A program made the position numbers and the translations under genes. The notes under the pieces are model-generated. The model had not been told where the DNA came from and ran no database searches. It saw only the letters and a program-made list of their open reading frames with translations. Positions 36,825 to 46,481 of a stretch of 64,000 nucleotides of DNA are shown here, one piece after another (position 1 is the first letter of the stretch; every line of letters begins with the position of its first letter). This stretch comes from Thermovirgaceae bacterium (GTDB taxonomy: Bacteria > Synergistota > Synergistia > Synergistales > Thermovirgaceae), in contig JAXGNU010000001.1 in the NCBI GenBank assembly GCA_040767805.1, positions 1 to 64,000 on the forward strand, given 5' to 3'.

Positions 36825-38351
36825 TTGAAACCCATTTCCTGGAAAAGCCACAGGGGGAACTGGAAATACCTCAGGGAACAGGAAGTGGAACTTGATGACC
36901 TTCCCCGGGGCGGTGACCCCCTTTGGGCCATGCTTTACCCCGCCCGGTACGAGGTGGGGATGGCCAACCTCGGGTACCAGGCGATTATCTCGGAGATGCG
37001 TACCCTCGGCGTCGGAGTTGAACGTTTTTTCGCCGGACGCCTTTCCAGGCTTTCGGTGGAGACGGAAAGATCGATCTCCGATTTTCCCCTTATTTCTGCT
37101 TCTGTCGCCTATGAACCCGATATCCTGACCCTTCTTTCGATCTTTCGAGAATGGGGGATATCCCCCAGTTCGGAGGAAAGGGAATCCCAGGGACAACCTG
37201 TCTTTGGGGTCGGTGGGGCCTTGAGTTACATCAACCCCCTGGTTTTTTCAGGGATGGCTGATTATGTTGTTTTAGGTGATGGGGAAAATGTCATCGTTCA
37301 CCTGGTGAGAGAAGCCAGGCAATACATGCGCAACGGGGATCGGTCGAAGTTCAGGAGAGCCCTGGCGGAACATCCGTCCATTTACGTACCTTCCCTGCAT
37401 GACCGGATCATTCTCAGGGGCGGGAGAGTCCAAAAGGACCGGAACATCATCGACAACCTTGACGACGCAAGGGGGAAAAGTCTCTGGGTCGCCCCCTCCT
37501 CGGTCTTCGGGAAGACAGTATTGGTTGAACTACAAAGGGGGTGCAGGAGGAATTGCAGTTTTTGCACCATTCCCTCCTCCTTCGGAAAGCCCAGGAACCG
37601 TTCCCTTAAGCGGGTCCTGGAGGACATCAGGTCGGTGAGTGCCCTTGAGGGCGTACAGGTTGGTTTTATCTCGCCTGAAACCGGCGACTACCCGGCCTTG
37701 GCCGAGTTGCTTTCCGCCGTGGACTCCCTCGGTGCGGTCGTATCCTTCGCTTCGCTAAGGGTTGACAATATCAGCGAAGCCATGATCAGATCCCTGGAGA
37801 GAAGCGGGAGGCATTCCCTCACCGTTGCCCCGGAAGCCGGGAACGAGCGGTTGAGAAGAGCCTGCGGCAAGCCTTTTTCCGATGACCTTATCTTAGAACG
37901 GCTCGCCATGGCCTCCCGGATGGGCGTCAGAAAGGTCAAGCTTTATTTTATGATGGGACTTCCCGGGGAGGTTGCTTCCGATATGGACGACATTGCCAGG
38001 CTGTGCGGCCGAGTCAGCCGCGAGACCGGGCTCCAGGTCAGTGCCTCGGTGGGCGTGTTCGTCCCTAAACCGATGACTTTTTGGGAGAAAGCCGGGATGA
38101 TAAGCGGCGAAGAAGCCCGTTCCAGGAAGAAAAGTTTGAGAAACCTCTTCCATGATGGCCCCGGGAGAGGTTGCCGTGTCAGCTTCCAGGAGCCGGGGGA
38201 AGCGGCCATTGAATTCGCCATCGCATGGAAGGGTTTACCTTGTGACGATAACCTCCTCTCCCAGCCGAAAGGAAAAGCAAGCCTCCCTAAGCCGGTCCAG
38301 GAACAGAGGGACCTCCTGCTGGAACAACTGGGCCTGCTTGGTTATCATTAA
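36825..38351 (+). CDS. uncharacterised radical SAM protein
   Basis: RGCRRNCSFC (CxxxCxxC), YPARYEVGMANLG N-terminal motif, APEAG, YFMMGLPGE, FVPKP. Confidence 0.88.
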   Translation: MKPISWKSHRGNWKYLREQEVELDDLPRGGDPLWAMLYPARYEVGMANLGYQAIISEMRTLGVGVERFFAGRLSRLSVETERSISDFPLISASVAYEPDILTLLSIFREWGISPSSEERESQGQPVFGVGGALSYINPLVFSGMADYVVLGDGENVIVHLVREARQYMRNGDRSKFRRALAEHPSIYVPSLHDRIILRGGRVQKDRNIIDNLDDARGKSLWVAPSSVFGKTVLVELQRGCRRNCSFCTIPSSFGKPRNRSLKRVLEDIRSVSALEGVQVGFISPETGDYPALAELLSAVDSLGAVVSFASLRVDNISEAMIRSLERSGRHSLTVAPEAGNERLRRACGKPFSDDLILERLAMASRMGVRKVKLYFMMGLPGEVASDMDDIARLCGRVSRETGLQVSASVGVFVPKPMTFWEKAGMISGEEARSRKKSLRNLFHDGPGRGCRVSFQEPGEAAIEFAIAWKGLPCDDNLLSQPKGKASLPKPVQEQRDLLLEQLGLLGYH

Positions 38352-38391
38352 TTATCCTGGTCGCGGAACATACTTTGTGAGGTGATCATCG

Positions 38392-38991
38392 GTGAGCTTC
38401 AGGAGGAACAGGAAGTTCAAAGAAAAACCGGCTGTATTCGCTTTCGGCCATATAATGCTGCCCCTGGTCGCAATCCTGGCCATAGGGCTTTTAATCCTCG
38501 GGGTTAGGCTTCTTTTCGTTTCACCCGGCGGCCAGGTGAGCTACCCCGATACGGTCGAATATCCCGAGGCGGAAAGCCAGGCCCCAACGGTAATAGCCGA
38601 ACCAGGAGATGGACCCCAGGTTGTAGCCGTCCCCTCAACTGGAGGCGACGAACCCACGGCCACACCCGGGGCCGTCCCGGCCGTGCCCGCTGCCGAAGAA
38701 GCGCCGACAACCCTACCCGAAGCGGAGACCAAGGCGGAGGTGCCGGTCCAAGCCTCTCGGGGGAGTTGGGTTGTCCAGATCGGGGCCTTTTCCCTCAAGG
38801 AATCGGCTGAAACCCTCGCCCATGAAGTGAGGGGTAAGAACTTCAACGCCTACGTGACCCGCGCGGAAGTCGGCGGGAAGACCTATTACCGGGTGAGAGT
38901 CCCGGCGGGTGACCAAAAGGCCGAAGCCGACACTCTTGCCAGGGACCTCGCATCGAAGGGCTATCCCACGCTGGTCACCCGGCAGGAATAG
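38392..38991 (+). CDS. bitopic SPOR-domain protein (FtsN/DedD-like)
   Basis: Basic N-terminus, one TM helix, Pro/Ala/Glu linker, C-terminal WVVQIGAFS...YYRVRV SPOR domain. Confidence 0.85.
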   Translation: MSFRRNRKFKEKPAVFAFGHIMLPLVAILAIGLLILGVRLLFVSPGGQVSYPDTVEYPEAESQAPTVIAEPGDGPQVVAVPSTGGDEPTATPGAVPAVPAAEEAPTTLPEAETKAEVPVQASRGSWVVQIGAFSLKESAETLAHEVRGKNFNAYVTRAEVGGKTYYRVRVPAGDQKAEADTLARDLASKGYPTLVTRQE

Positions 38992-39024
38992 GAGCCGGAA
39001 AAGGCCGATGCTCTTTCCGTTCGA

Positions 39025-40269
39025 ATGAAAATGTCAGGATTTGTGACCAACACCCTTTCCAGGGACGACGCCTTGCATGCCATTGTTCAACAGATGGGGT
39101 TCCCTTGGCCCGTAGCCGTAAAAGAGGGGATCCCCATCGGGGAGGCCCTGGGCCTCGCCTTGGGAGTCGATGTCATCGCACCCGATGAGAGCCCTCCCTT
39201 CGACAGGAGCCTTCGGGATGGGTACGCCGTGAGGTCAATGGATCTTATCGGCGCCAGCGATGCGTCACCTGCCTTTCTGGCGCTGCACGGCGAGGTGCCC
39301 ATGGGTACTGTCCCACTGATTGATGTGGGATCTGAAGAGGCGGTCCTGGTGCATACTGGGAGTGCCATACCACCCGGGGCGGATTCCATCGTAATGCTCG
39401 AGGACACGTCCCTTGCCGGAAACCTGCTGGAGGTTCGAAAATCCGTCCAGAAGGGAGAAAATCTCCTCCTCAAGGGCGAGGAGTACGGCAGGGGCCAAAG
39501 GTTGGCCCGCAAGGGAGAGATCCTGGACTTTCGCAATATCCCCGCCCTGGCGTCCTGCGGACAGGCGACCACAGCGGTATGCGACCTCGGTATAGCAGTC
39601 ATCAGCACCGGAGACGAGATCGTACCGGCGGGCACAAAGGATCTCGAGCCCGGGATGATCCGGGACGCCAACTCCTTCACCATCATGGCCAGCCTGGCGA
39701 GAGCGGGTTTCAAGAGTGAATCCTTGGGCATCGTCCCCGATGACCCCGAAGAATTGCGAAAGGCCTTCAACAGGGCCCTGGGTGAATTCGACGTCGTGAT
39801 CCTGAGCGGGGGCTCCTCGGTCAGCGCCAGGGACCATTCCGTCCTTCTTCTTCGAGAACTTGGAGGGGGTAAACTGATCGTCCGCGGGCTGAATGTCTCC
39901 CCCGGCAAACCGACGATCGTCTCCGGGGATCCCGCCGGGAAAAAACTCGGCGTCTGCCTGCCAGGCCATCCTCACTCCTGTGCCGTGATCGCCTTGACCT
40001 TCCTGGTGCCCCTTATCTCTTCGCTTATAATGGGTGAACCCCATGATCTCTTCCGGAAAATCCTCCTTCCCGCGGGAGAGGACATTATCGGGAGGAGCGG
40101 GGTCGAGGAATTCATCCCCCTAAAGATAGGACCCGAAGGAGAAGCCCGGCCCCTGTGGGCGAAATCGGGGTTTCTCCTGGGCATGGGGGAGTCCGACGGC
40201 CTTATCAGGCTGCCAGAGAACATGGAGACCTTGAGAAAAGGGGCTCCTGTCGAGGTGTGGCTTTGGTGA
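39025..40269 (+). CDS. moeA: molybdopterin molybdenumtransferase MoeA (paralogue 1)
   Basis: PPFDRSLRDGYA, TGDEI, IRDAN, SGGSS, PGKP, LPGHP. Confidence 0.93.
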   Translation: MKMSGFVTNTLSRDDALHAIVQQMGFPWPVAVKEGIPIGEALGLALGVDVIAPDESPPFDRSLRDGYAVRSMDLIGASDASPAFLALHGEVPMGTVPLIDVGSEEAVLVHTGSAIPPGADSIVMLEDTSLAGNLLEVRKSVQKGENLLLKGEEYGRGQRLARKGEILDFRNIPALASCGQATTAVCDLGIAVISTGDEIVPAGTKDLEPGMIRDANSFTIMASLARAGFKSESLGIVPDDPEELRKAFNRALGEFDVVILSGGSSVSARDHSVLLLRELGGGKLIVRGLNVSPGKPTIVSGDPAGKKLGVCLPGHPHSCAVIALTFLVPLISSLIMGEPHDLFRKILLPAGEDIIGRSGVEEFIPLKIGPEGEARPLWAKSGFLLGMGESDGLIRLPENMETLRKGAPVEVWLW

Positions 40270-42173
40270 ACTTCAAGGAGAACCTGGATCTTTTGACCGC
40301 GTGGTCCCTGATCGAACAGAGAGTGCGCCCCCTCGACGAGCTTGAGGAAATCGACCTCCTCTCCTTTGAAGGGTACCAACCAAGGAAGATGGGGGTCGAT
40401 ATCCTTTCGAGGAGGAACCTCCCCCAATACCCTGCCTCCGCCGTCGACGGTTTCGCCCTGAAGGCTTCGGACACGGCCAACGCCTCCCCTAGGACGCCGG
40501 CCAGGATCCCGGAAGGCAGTTACAGCTGGGTGAACACCGGCGGCGGTGTGGATCGGGCCTTCGATTCGGTGGTAATGGTTGAGGACACCTGGATGGATGG
40601 AAACACCCTTCTCGTAGCGAAAATGGCGACCAAGGGCGAGAACGTCAGGCCCGAGGGCGAGGATGTGACCAGGGGCCAAGTCATAGCAAGAAGAGGTGAC
40701 CCGCTCGACGCGTTCCTGATCCCGCTACTGATCGCGTCGGGGTATTCCACGGCCAGCGTTTCAAGGTTACCGAGGACCATCTTCATACCCACCGGTGATG
40801 AGATCATCCCCGCCGCCGAATGGATCAGGGGAGATGGAGGGGAGTGGTCAAGGGTACCGGAAACCAACTCCTACATGCTGAAAAAGCTCTTCCGCGACTG
40901 GGGTTTCCCCCTGGAGATCCACGGGCTGGTCCGCGACGATGAAGGACTGATCAGGGAAGCCGCCCTCAAGTCTTTGGAGGTTTACGACCTGGTTATCATC
41001 GGCGCCGGTACGGCGAAAGGCAAAAGGGACCACAGCGCCGAAGTGATCGAGAAAATCTCGGATCCGCTTTTCCGGGGCGTCAGGATGAAACCGGGGAGGC
41101 CCGTCATAGCGGGGGTAAAGGGGAACAAGCCGTTGGTCGCGCTGCCAGGGTTTCCCATGTCCGCCCTGGTGACCTGCTGGAGCATCATATGCCCGCTTTT
41201 AAAGAGGCTTAACGGCGAGACTGCCGCTCCCGCCCCTGAAGAGGCCTTGGGGAGCGCCGAGACCCTCGCCACAAAGTCCCTGTTGCACTACTCCTCGCAG
41301 CCGGGGGTCCTGGAATGGCTCAGGGTCAAATGCGGGGAGATCGACGGTACTGTCTATTCATGGCCCCTCCCCGCCGGTGCCAGTTCGACCTTTTCCATCG
41401 CCGACGCAGATGGGTTCGCCATCCTCGGGCCTTCTGTCCTTGAAGTCCCCAAGGGGAGCGATATCCGGGTCTTGCTCAAGAGAAAGGTGGATTTCAAGAA
41501 GAGGGTCGTTTACCAGGGTTCCAACGACCCCGCCATTGAGAGGATCGTCTCCTATGTCAGAGAAAGGGGCGGGGACCTGGCGATCCGATCCGTCGGCAGC
41601 CTCGGCGGCCTTTCCGCACTGGCCAGGGGAGAGGGCCACGTAGCTTCCTGCCACCTCTTGGACCCCGAAAAGGGTGAATATAACGATAGTTACATAGAAA
41701 GACTGGACGAAACCCGGAGTTGGCGGAGGATCAAGCTGTTCAAAAGGCAACAGGGCTTCCTGGTAAAGAAAGGGAACCCTGAGGGGATCCACTCCGTCAA
41801 GGACCTGGCCTCAACCGGAGCCTTTTTCGTCAACAGGCAACCCGGGGCCGGCACCAGGGTTCTTTTTGACCACCTCCTGAAGGAGGCGGGGATCGATCCC
41901 GGTTCGATCAACGGGTACGACAACATCGCCATCACCCATTTCGAAGCGGCCGCCAGGATACCGGGAGGCTCAGCCGCCGCCGCCCTGGGCGTCAAGGCGG
42001 CGGCGGAGGCTTTCGGGACGGATTTTATACCGGTGACGGAAGAAGATTTCGAACTGGTCATTCCCGGGCGCTTCGTCGATCACCCGGGGATCCTGATCCT
42101 GTTAGAGGCCCTTTCGGACGAGAGGTGGAGGCGCGAGGTCGACTCCCTGGGGGGATACCGATGGACTTCCTGA
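40266..42173 (+). CDS. moeA: MoeA paralogue fused to a C-terminal PBP-like (LysR substrate-binding) domain
   Basis: SAVDGFA, PTGDE, KPGRP, LPGFP; C-terminal GSND, GSLGGL, NRQPGAGTR. Confidence 0.9.
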   Translation: MNFKENLDLLTAWSLIEQRVRPLDELEEIDLLSFEGYQPRKMGVDILSRRNLPQYPASAVDGFALKASDTANASPRTPARIPEGSYSWVNTGGGVDRAFDSVVMVEDTWMDGNTLLVAKMATKGENVRPEGEDVTRGQVIARRGDPLDAFLIPLLIASGYSTASVSRLPRTIFIPTGDEIIPAAEWIRGDGGEWSRVPETNSYMLKKLFRDWGFPLEIHGLVRDDEGLIREAALKSLEVYDLVIIGAGTAKGKRDHSAEVIEKISDPLFRGVRMKPGRPVIAGVKGNKPLVALPGFPMSALVTCWSIICPLLKRLNGETAAPAPEEALGSAETLATKSLLHYSSQPGVLEWLRVKCGEIDGTVYSWPLPAGASSTFSIADADGFAILGPSVLEVPKGSDIRVLLKRKVDFKKRVVYQGSNDPAIERIVSYVRERGGDLAIRSVGSLGGLSALARGEGHVASCHLLDPEKGEYNDSYIERLDETRSWRRIKLFKRQQGFLVKKGNPEGIHSVKDLASTGAFFVNRQPGAGTRVLFDHLLKEAGIDPGSINGYDNIAITHFEAAARIPGGSAAAALGVKAAAEAFGTDFIPVTEEDFELVIPGRFVDHPGILILLEALSDERWRREVDSLGGYRWTS

Positions 42174-43138
42174 AGGATCGCTTTGAAAGGCGGCTGAACT
42201 ACGTCAGGATATCGATCACAGACCGGTGCAATTACCGGTGCCTTTACTGTATGCCCGAAGAAGGCATCAAATGGATCCCCCACGACAGGATCATGACTTA
42301 CGAGGAGATCCTTTTCCTGGCCCAAGTCCTCAAAGGGCTGGGGGTCGAAAAGATACGCTTTACCGGAGGAGAACCGCTGGTGAGGAAGGGTTTTTTCCCC
42401 TTTCTCGACACCTTCAGCGCTTCCGTCCCAGGGGTTCGCACGGTCCTGACCACCAACGGAAGCCTGATCTCCCAGTACATTGATGAAATAAAATGGTCAG
42501 GCCTTTCCGGCGTGAACGTGAGCCTCGACACGCTGGACGAGGCTCTTTTCCGCTTCATCACGAGGGGCGGCCGGCTGCAGGATGTGATAGAAGGTGTAGG
42601 GCTCCTGTCGGAGCGCACTGAAATACCGATCAAGATAAACACCGTCCTGATGAAGGGGGTCAACGACGGCGAGGTCGAGGCCCTGCTCGATTTCGCGAAG
42701 TCCCATCGAGCCGTTCTCCGCCTTATCGAGTTCATGCCCCTCGATGATTCCGTCTGGAAGGGAGACCTGTTCATTCCGGCTTCGGTTATTTTTCAAAAGT
42801 TGCCGGACCCGGACAAATGGGAGAGGCTGGATTACTCCTCCGATCACGGCGCCGGGCCGGCGCGCTATTACAGGAACTCGTCCACCGGCCAGGAGTTCGG
42901 CCTGATCGAGGCGGTCTCCCATCATTTTTGCGATAGTTGCAACAGGCTCCGCGTTTCAGCCACGGGGATCATGAGACCTTGCCTTTTTTCCGAAGAGGGG
43001 GTCTTCCTTAGGCCCGCGCTCCTTTCCGGAAACGCCGCCGAGGTAAAAGCCCTGGTCGTCCGGGCGGTGAGCAGCAAACCCGGATCCTACAACCAGGCCC
43101 GGTCCGGAGCGATGCACATGTCTCGGATAGGGGGATGA
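42161..43138 (+). CDS. moaA: GTP 3',8-cyclase
   Basis: RISITDRCNYRCLYC, TGGEP, FCDSCNR, C-terminal IGG. Confidence 0.96.
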   Translation: MDFLKDRFERRLNYVRISITDRCNYRCLYCMPEEGIKWIPHDRIMTYEEILFLAQVLKGLGVEKIRFTGGEPLVRKGFFPFLDTFSASVPGVRTVLTTNGSLISQYIDEIKWSGLSGVNVSLDTLDEALFRFITRGGRLQDVIEGVGLLSERTEIPIKINTVLMKGVNDGEVEALLDFAKSHRAVLRLIEFMPLDDSVWKGDLFIPASVIFQKLPDPDKWERLDYSSDHGAGPARYYRNSSTGQEFGLIEAVSHHFCDSCNRLRVSATGIMRPCLFSEEGVFLRPALLSGNAAEVKALVVRAVSSKPGSYNQARSGAMHMSRIGG

Positions 43139-43629
43139 ACGAAATGCAAGGTTTTTCACACCTGGACCACTCCGGAAGGCCCGTCATGGTCGACGTGGGG
43201 GGGAAAGACCCTACAACGAGGGAAGCCGTGGCCGAGGGGACCGTGATACTCCCCGTCAAGGTCTTCGATTCCCTGGTGAAAGGCGAAAGCGCCAAGGGAG
43301 ATGTCTTGAGGGTCGCCGAGGTCGCCGGGATAATGGGGACGAAACAGGCACCGGCCCTTGTGCCCTTATGCCACCCAGTGAGGTTGGACCATGTTTCGGT
43401 CTCCTGCGACCTGGACCCGAAGGACCGGTCGGCGAGGATAACCTGCATCGTCAGGGCGAGGGACGTGACAGGGGTAGAGATGGAAGCTTTGACGGGGGTA
43501 TCAGTGGCGGCGTTGACCCTTTATGATATGTGCAAGGGAATCGACAAGGGGATGATCATCGAAGGTATCCGGCTGCTCAGGAAAAGCGGTGGAAGGTCCG
43601 GCGAATACCGGGTGGAGGATGGACCATGA
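43135..43629 (+). CDS. moaC: cyclic pyranopterin monophosphate synthase
   Basis: MVDVGGK, PLCHP, GVEMEAL, YDMCK, KSGG. Confidence 0.96.
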   Translation: MNEMQGFSHLDHSGRPVMVDVGGKDPTTREAVAEGTVILPVKVFDSLVKGESAKGDVLRVAEVAGIMGTKQAPALVPLCHPVRLDHVSVSCDLDPKDRSARITCIVRARDVTGVEMEALTGVSVAALTLYDMCKGIDKGMIIEGIRLLRKSGGRSGEYRVEDGP

Positions 43630-44438
43630 AAAACAGGGTACTGGGTTTCTCCGGCCGATTCAGCGGTCGCCCAATGGTGTACCTTCACAGCGATGACGCG
43701 GGGAACACGCTGGCCGACGGTTCGGCCGTGGAGCTGATCCTTGAGGAGGCCGGGAAGGGCTCAACTTTGGAAGGGGTGCTCGGGATAAGGGTTCACGAGG
43801 TGCCCGCCATCGAGCCGGGCGATCTTCTTTCCTTTCCTGACGGGCTGATCCTGAGGCGTAAAGATTTACCTGACCCAAGGGGAGCCTTCCTCGTGTTCAA
43901 TAAAGGGTTCCTGCCTGTCTCATCCACCTTCGTGCCGTGGCGGCCCCTCAAGGTCGGGGTGCTGACCGTGAGCGACAAGGGAAGCCGTGGTGAGAGGGTC
44001 GATACCGCCGGGCCCGCCCTGGAGAGCTCTTTGCCCGCCCTGGGGGCCGTCCTGTCGAAAACGGGGATGGTCCCGGACGAAACCGTCAAGATCAGTGACA
44101 AGGTACGGGAATGGATGACGACAGGGGTTGACATCATACTGGTCACGGGGGGAACGGGCATTTCCAAGAGGGATGTAACCCCTGAAGCGGTTAAATCCCT
44201 CGGCTGCAGGGAGATACCCGGCATCGGGGAGTACATGAGGTGGAAGACATCCTTCGAAAACGAGAGGTCCATCCTTTCCAGGTCCCTTGCCGTGGCCTGT
44301 TCCGGTACAATTGTTATCACGCTGCCGGGGAGCGAGAGGGGAGCGGTGCAATGCTTCAGCGCCGTCGCCCCGGTTCTCCGGCATGCCGTGGAAGTAGCGA
44401 CGGGGAGGAGTGGGGATTGCGCCGGGCCTCACCGATGA
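43626..44438 (+). CDS. mog: molybdopterin adenylyltransferase (MogA/MoaB) with an N-terminal extension of about 105 aa
   Basis: LTVSDKG, DTAGP, VPDE, TGGTG..RDVTPEA, LPGS. Confidence 0.85.
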   Translation: MKNRVLGFSGRFSGRPMVYLHSDDAGNTLADGSAVELILEEAGKGSTLEGVLGIRVHEVPAIEPGDLLSFPDGLILRRKDLPDPRGAFLVFNKGFLPVSSTFVPWRPLKVGVLTVSDKGSRGERVDTAGPALESSLPALGAVLSKTGMVPDETVKISDKVREWMTTGVDIILVTGGTGISKRDVTPEAVKSLGCREIPGIGEYMRWKTSFENERSILSRSLAVACSGTIVITLPGSERGAVQCFSAVAPVLRHAVEVATGRSGDCAGPHR

Positions 44439-44460
44439 TCGTTGAAAGAAGGTTCCCGTT

Positions 44461-45345
44461 TTGAAAGAATCCCTTCCTTACAAGGTCTCAAGGTGTGTGA
44501 TCATCACGGGCATGTCAGGAAGCGGTAAATCCACCGCGCTGCGCATGTTCGAAGACCTTGGGTTTTATGCCATCGAGAACATCCCTCCCACATTGCTACC
44601 CCAACTGTTGCAGGTCCTGGGCCGACACGAGGAAGCGGTGCAGAATGGAGTGGCGGCCGTCGTAGACATCAGGGGGGAAAGCCTCCTGGATGACCTTTTC
44701 ACCGTCATAACCAGCCTCAAGGGAAGAGGGCTCAATATCAGGGTCATCTTTCTCGACGCCTCCGACTCCTGCCTCGTCAAGCGTTTCGAAGAGACCAGGA
44801 GGAGGCATCCCCTCTCTTCGGAGATGACCATCCTCGAGGCCATTGGCAGGGAGAGAAGGGAACTGACCCAGATCCACGAGATAGCCGACGTCGTCGTCGA
44901 GACTTCGGACCTGACCCTTTCTCAACTCAGAAATGAGATCTTTGGGAAGATGGACATAACTGAAGGGCCCCTGAGGGTCATTTTTACTTCCTTCGGGTTC
45001 AAGCACGGCATCCCCCAGGACAGCGATTTTGTCATCGATGTCCGTTTCCTTCCAAACCCTTTTTATGAATCACGGTTGAGGCCCCTCAGTGGAAAGGACA
45101 GCGAGGTCCAGGATTTCATCCTCTCCCATGATGGGGTATCCAGCTTTTTTAAAGCCCTTTCTGAACTGATGGAACAAGTCACGGCTCAATACAGGAACAC
45201 GGGAAAGAGCACCGTCCATATCGCCGTCGGCTGTACCGGAGGCAGGCACCGTTCAGTAGCGGTCGTCGAATGGCTCGGATCCAAGATGCCTGACAACTCA
45301 TCGATCAGGCACAGGGATATTGAAAAGGATACGGTGGTAACGTGA
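44461..45345 (+). CDS. rapZ: RNase adapter RapZ/YvcJ
   Basis: GMSGSGKS, TRRRHPL, FGFKHG, DVRFLPNP, GCTGGRHRS. Confidence 0.95.
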   Translation: MKESLPYKVSRCVIITGMSGSGKSTALRMFEDLGFYAIENIPPTLLPQLLQVLGRHEEAVQNGVAAVVDIRGESLLDDLFTVITSLKGRGLNIRVIFLDASDSCLVKRFEETRRRHPLSSEMTILEAIGRERRELTQIHEIADVVVETSDLTLSQLRNEIFGKMDITEGPLRVIFTSFGFKHGIPQDSDFVIDVRFLPNPFYESRLRPLSGKDSEVQDFILSHDGVSSFFKALSELMEQVTAQYRNTGKSTVHIAVGCTGGRHRSVAVVEWLGSKMPDNSSIRHRDIEKDTVVT

Positions 45346-46481
45346 ACTGGTGGTCGGCTTTCACCATTGGTTTTCTTACGGGTGGGATCATGGCCCTCCT
45401 TGGCGCGAGGCTCTTCCAGGAAGATGTGGAGGAGGGGGCCGGGGAATCGCAGGAAAAAAAGAATGGCTCCATTATATCGAAAGCCTTCCTGCACAAGGTC
45501 TCACAAGGCCCCGACATCGTCGCTATCGGCGGGGGAACGGGGCTTTCGACCCTATTGTCCGGTTTGAAGTATTACACCCGCAATATAACTGCCATTGTGA
45601 CAGTAACCGATGAGGGCGGAAGTTCCGGACGCCTGCGGGGTGAATGGGGCGTCCTTCCCCCCGGGGATATCAGGAACTGTATGCTGGCCCTCGCCGAGGA
45701 TGACAGCTCTCTCAACAGGCTGCTCAACTTCAGGTTCGACCGCGGGGAACTCAAGGGACACAGTTTGGGCAACCTCATCCTTCTCGCGGCCACGGAGATG
45801 ACCGGTGACTTCCGGAAGGCCGTGGAGGAACTCAACAAGCTCCTAGCCATCCGGGGAAAAGTGATACCTGTCACGAATGAGTCGGTCGTTCTTTGCGCCG
45901 CCACGGCTGACGGTGACTCGCTCCGGGGTGAACTGGACATCGCCCGTAAAGGGTGCCGGATCGAGTCGATCTGGATCGAACCCGCCGATGCCAGGGCTTT
46001 CCCCGAGGCCGTCGCCGCCATAGAGAACGCCGACGCGGTCGTGCTTGGTCCCGGGAGCCTGTTCACCAGTATCATCCCCAACCTCATGTTCAGGGAGGTC
46101 TCTGACGCCCTGAAAAGGACCGCCGCGCCGAAAATATACATCACTAACCTCATGACACAACCCGGCGAAACCGACGGCTTGTCCTTGATGGATCACGTCC
46201 GATGGATAACCAGGGCTTCAGGAACGATCCCCGATTATATCCTTGTCAACGAAGAAGAAGTACCAGCAGCGCTGCTTGAGGCCTACCTGGCGGCGGGGGC
46301 CGTGCCGCTACGGCTGAGCGAAGATAACGAAAGGTCCCTGTCGATGATGGGGTCAAAACTCATCCTGTCGGGTTTCCTCGATGTCACCGGGGGGAACGTC
46401 AGGCACAACAGCCAGAAAGTATCCGAGACCCTGATACGGATCGCGAGGGAAGAGAGGGAACCCTCCCGATGGAAAAGTTGA
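45342..46481 (+). CDS. yvcK: YvcK/GlmR UDP-GlcNAc-binding protein
   Basis: GGGTGLS, DEGGSSG, PGDIRNC, GHSLGN, GPGSLFTS, TQPGET. Confidence 0.94.
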   Translation: MNWWSAFTIGFLTGGIMALLGARLFQEDVEEGAGESQEKKNGSIISKAFLHKVSQGPDIVAIGGGTGLSTLLSGLKYYTRNITAIVTVTDEGGSSGRLRGEWGVLPPGDIRNCMLALAEDDSSLNRLLNFRFDRGELKGHSLGNLILLAATEMTGDFRKAVEELNKLLAIRGKVIPVTNESVVLCAATADGDSLRGELDIARKGCRIESIWIEPADARAFPEAVAAIENADAVVLGPGSLFTSIIPNLMFREVSDALKRTAAPKIYITNLMTQPGETDGLSLMDHVRWITRASGTIPDYILVNEEEVPAALLEAYLAAGAVPLRLSEDNERSLSMMGSKLILSGFLDVTGGNVRHNSQKVSETLIRIAREEREPSRWKS

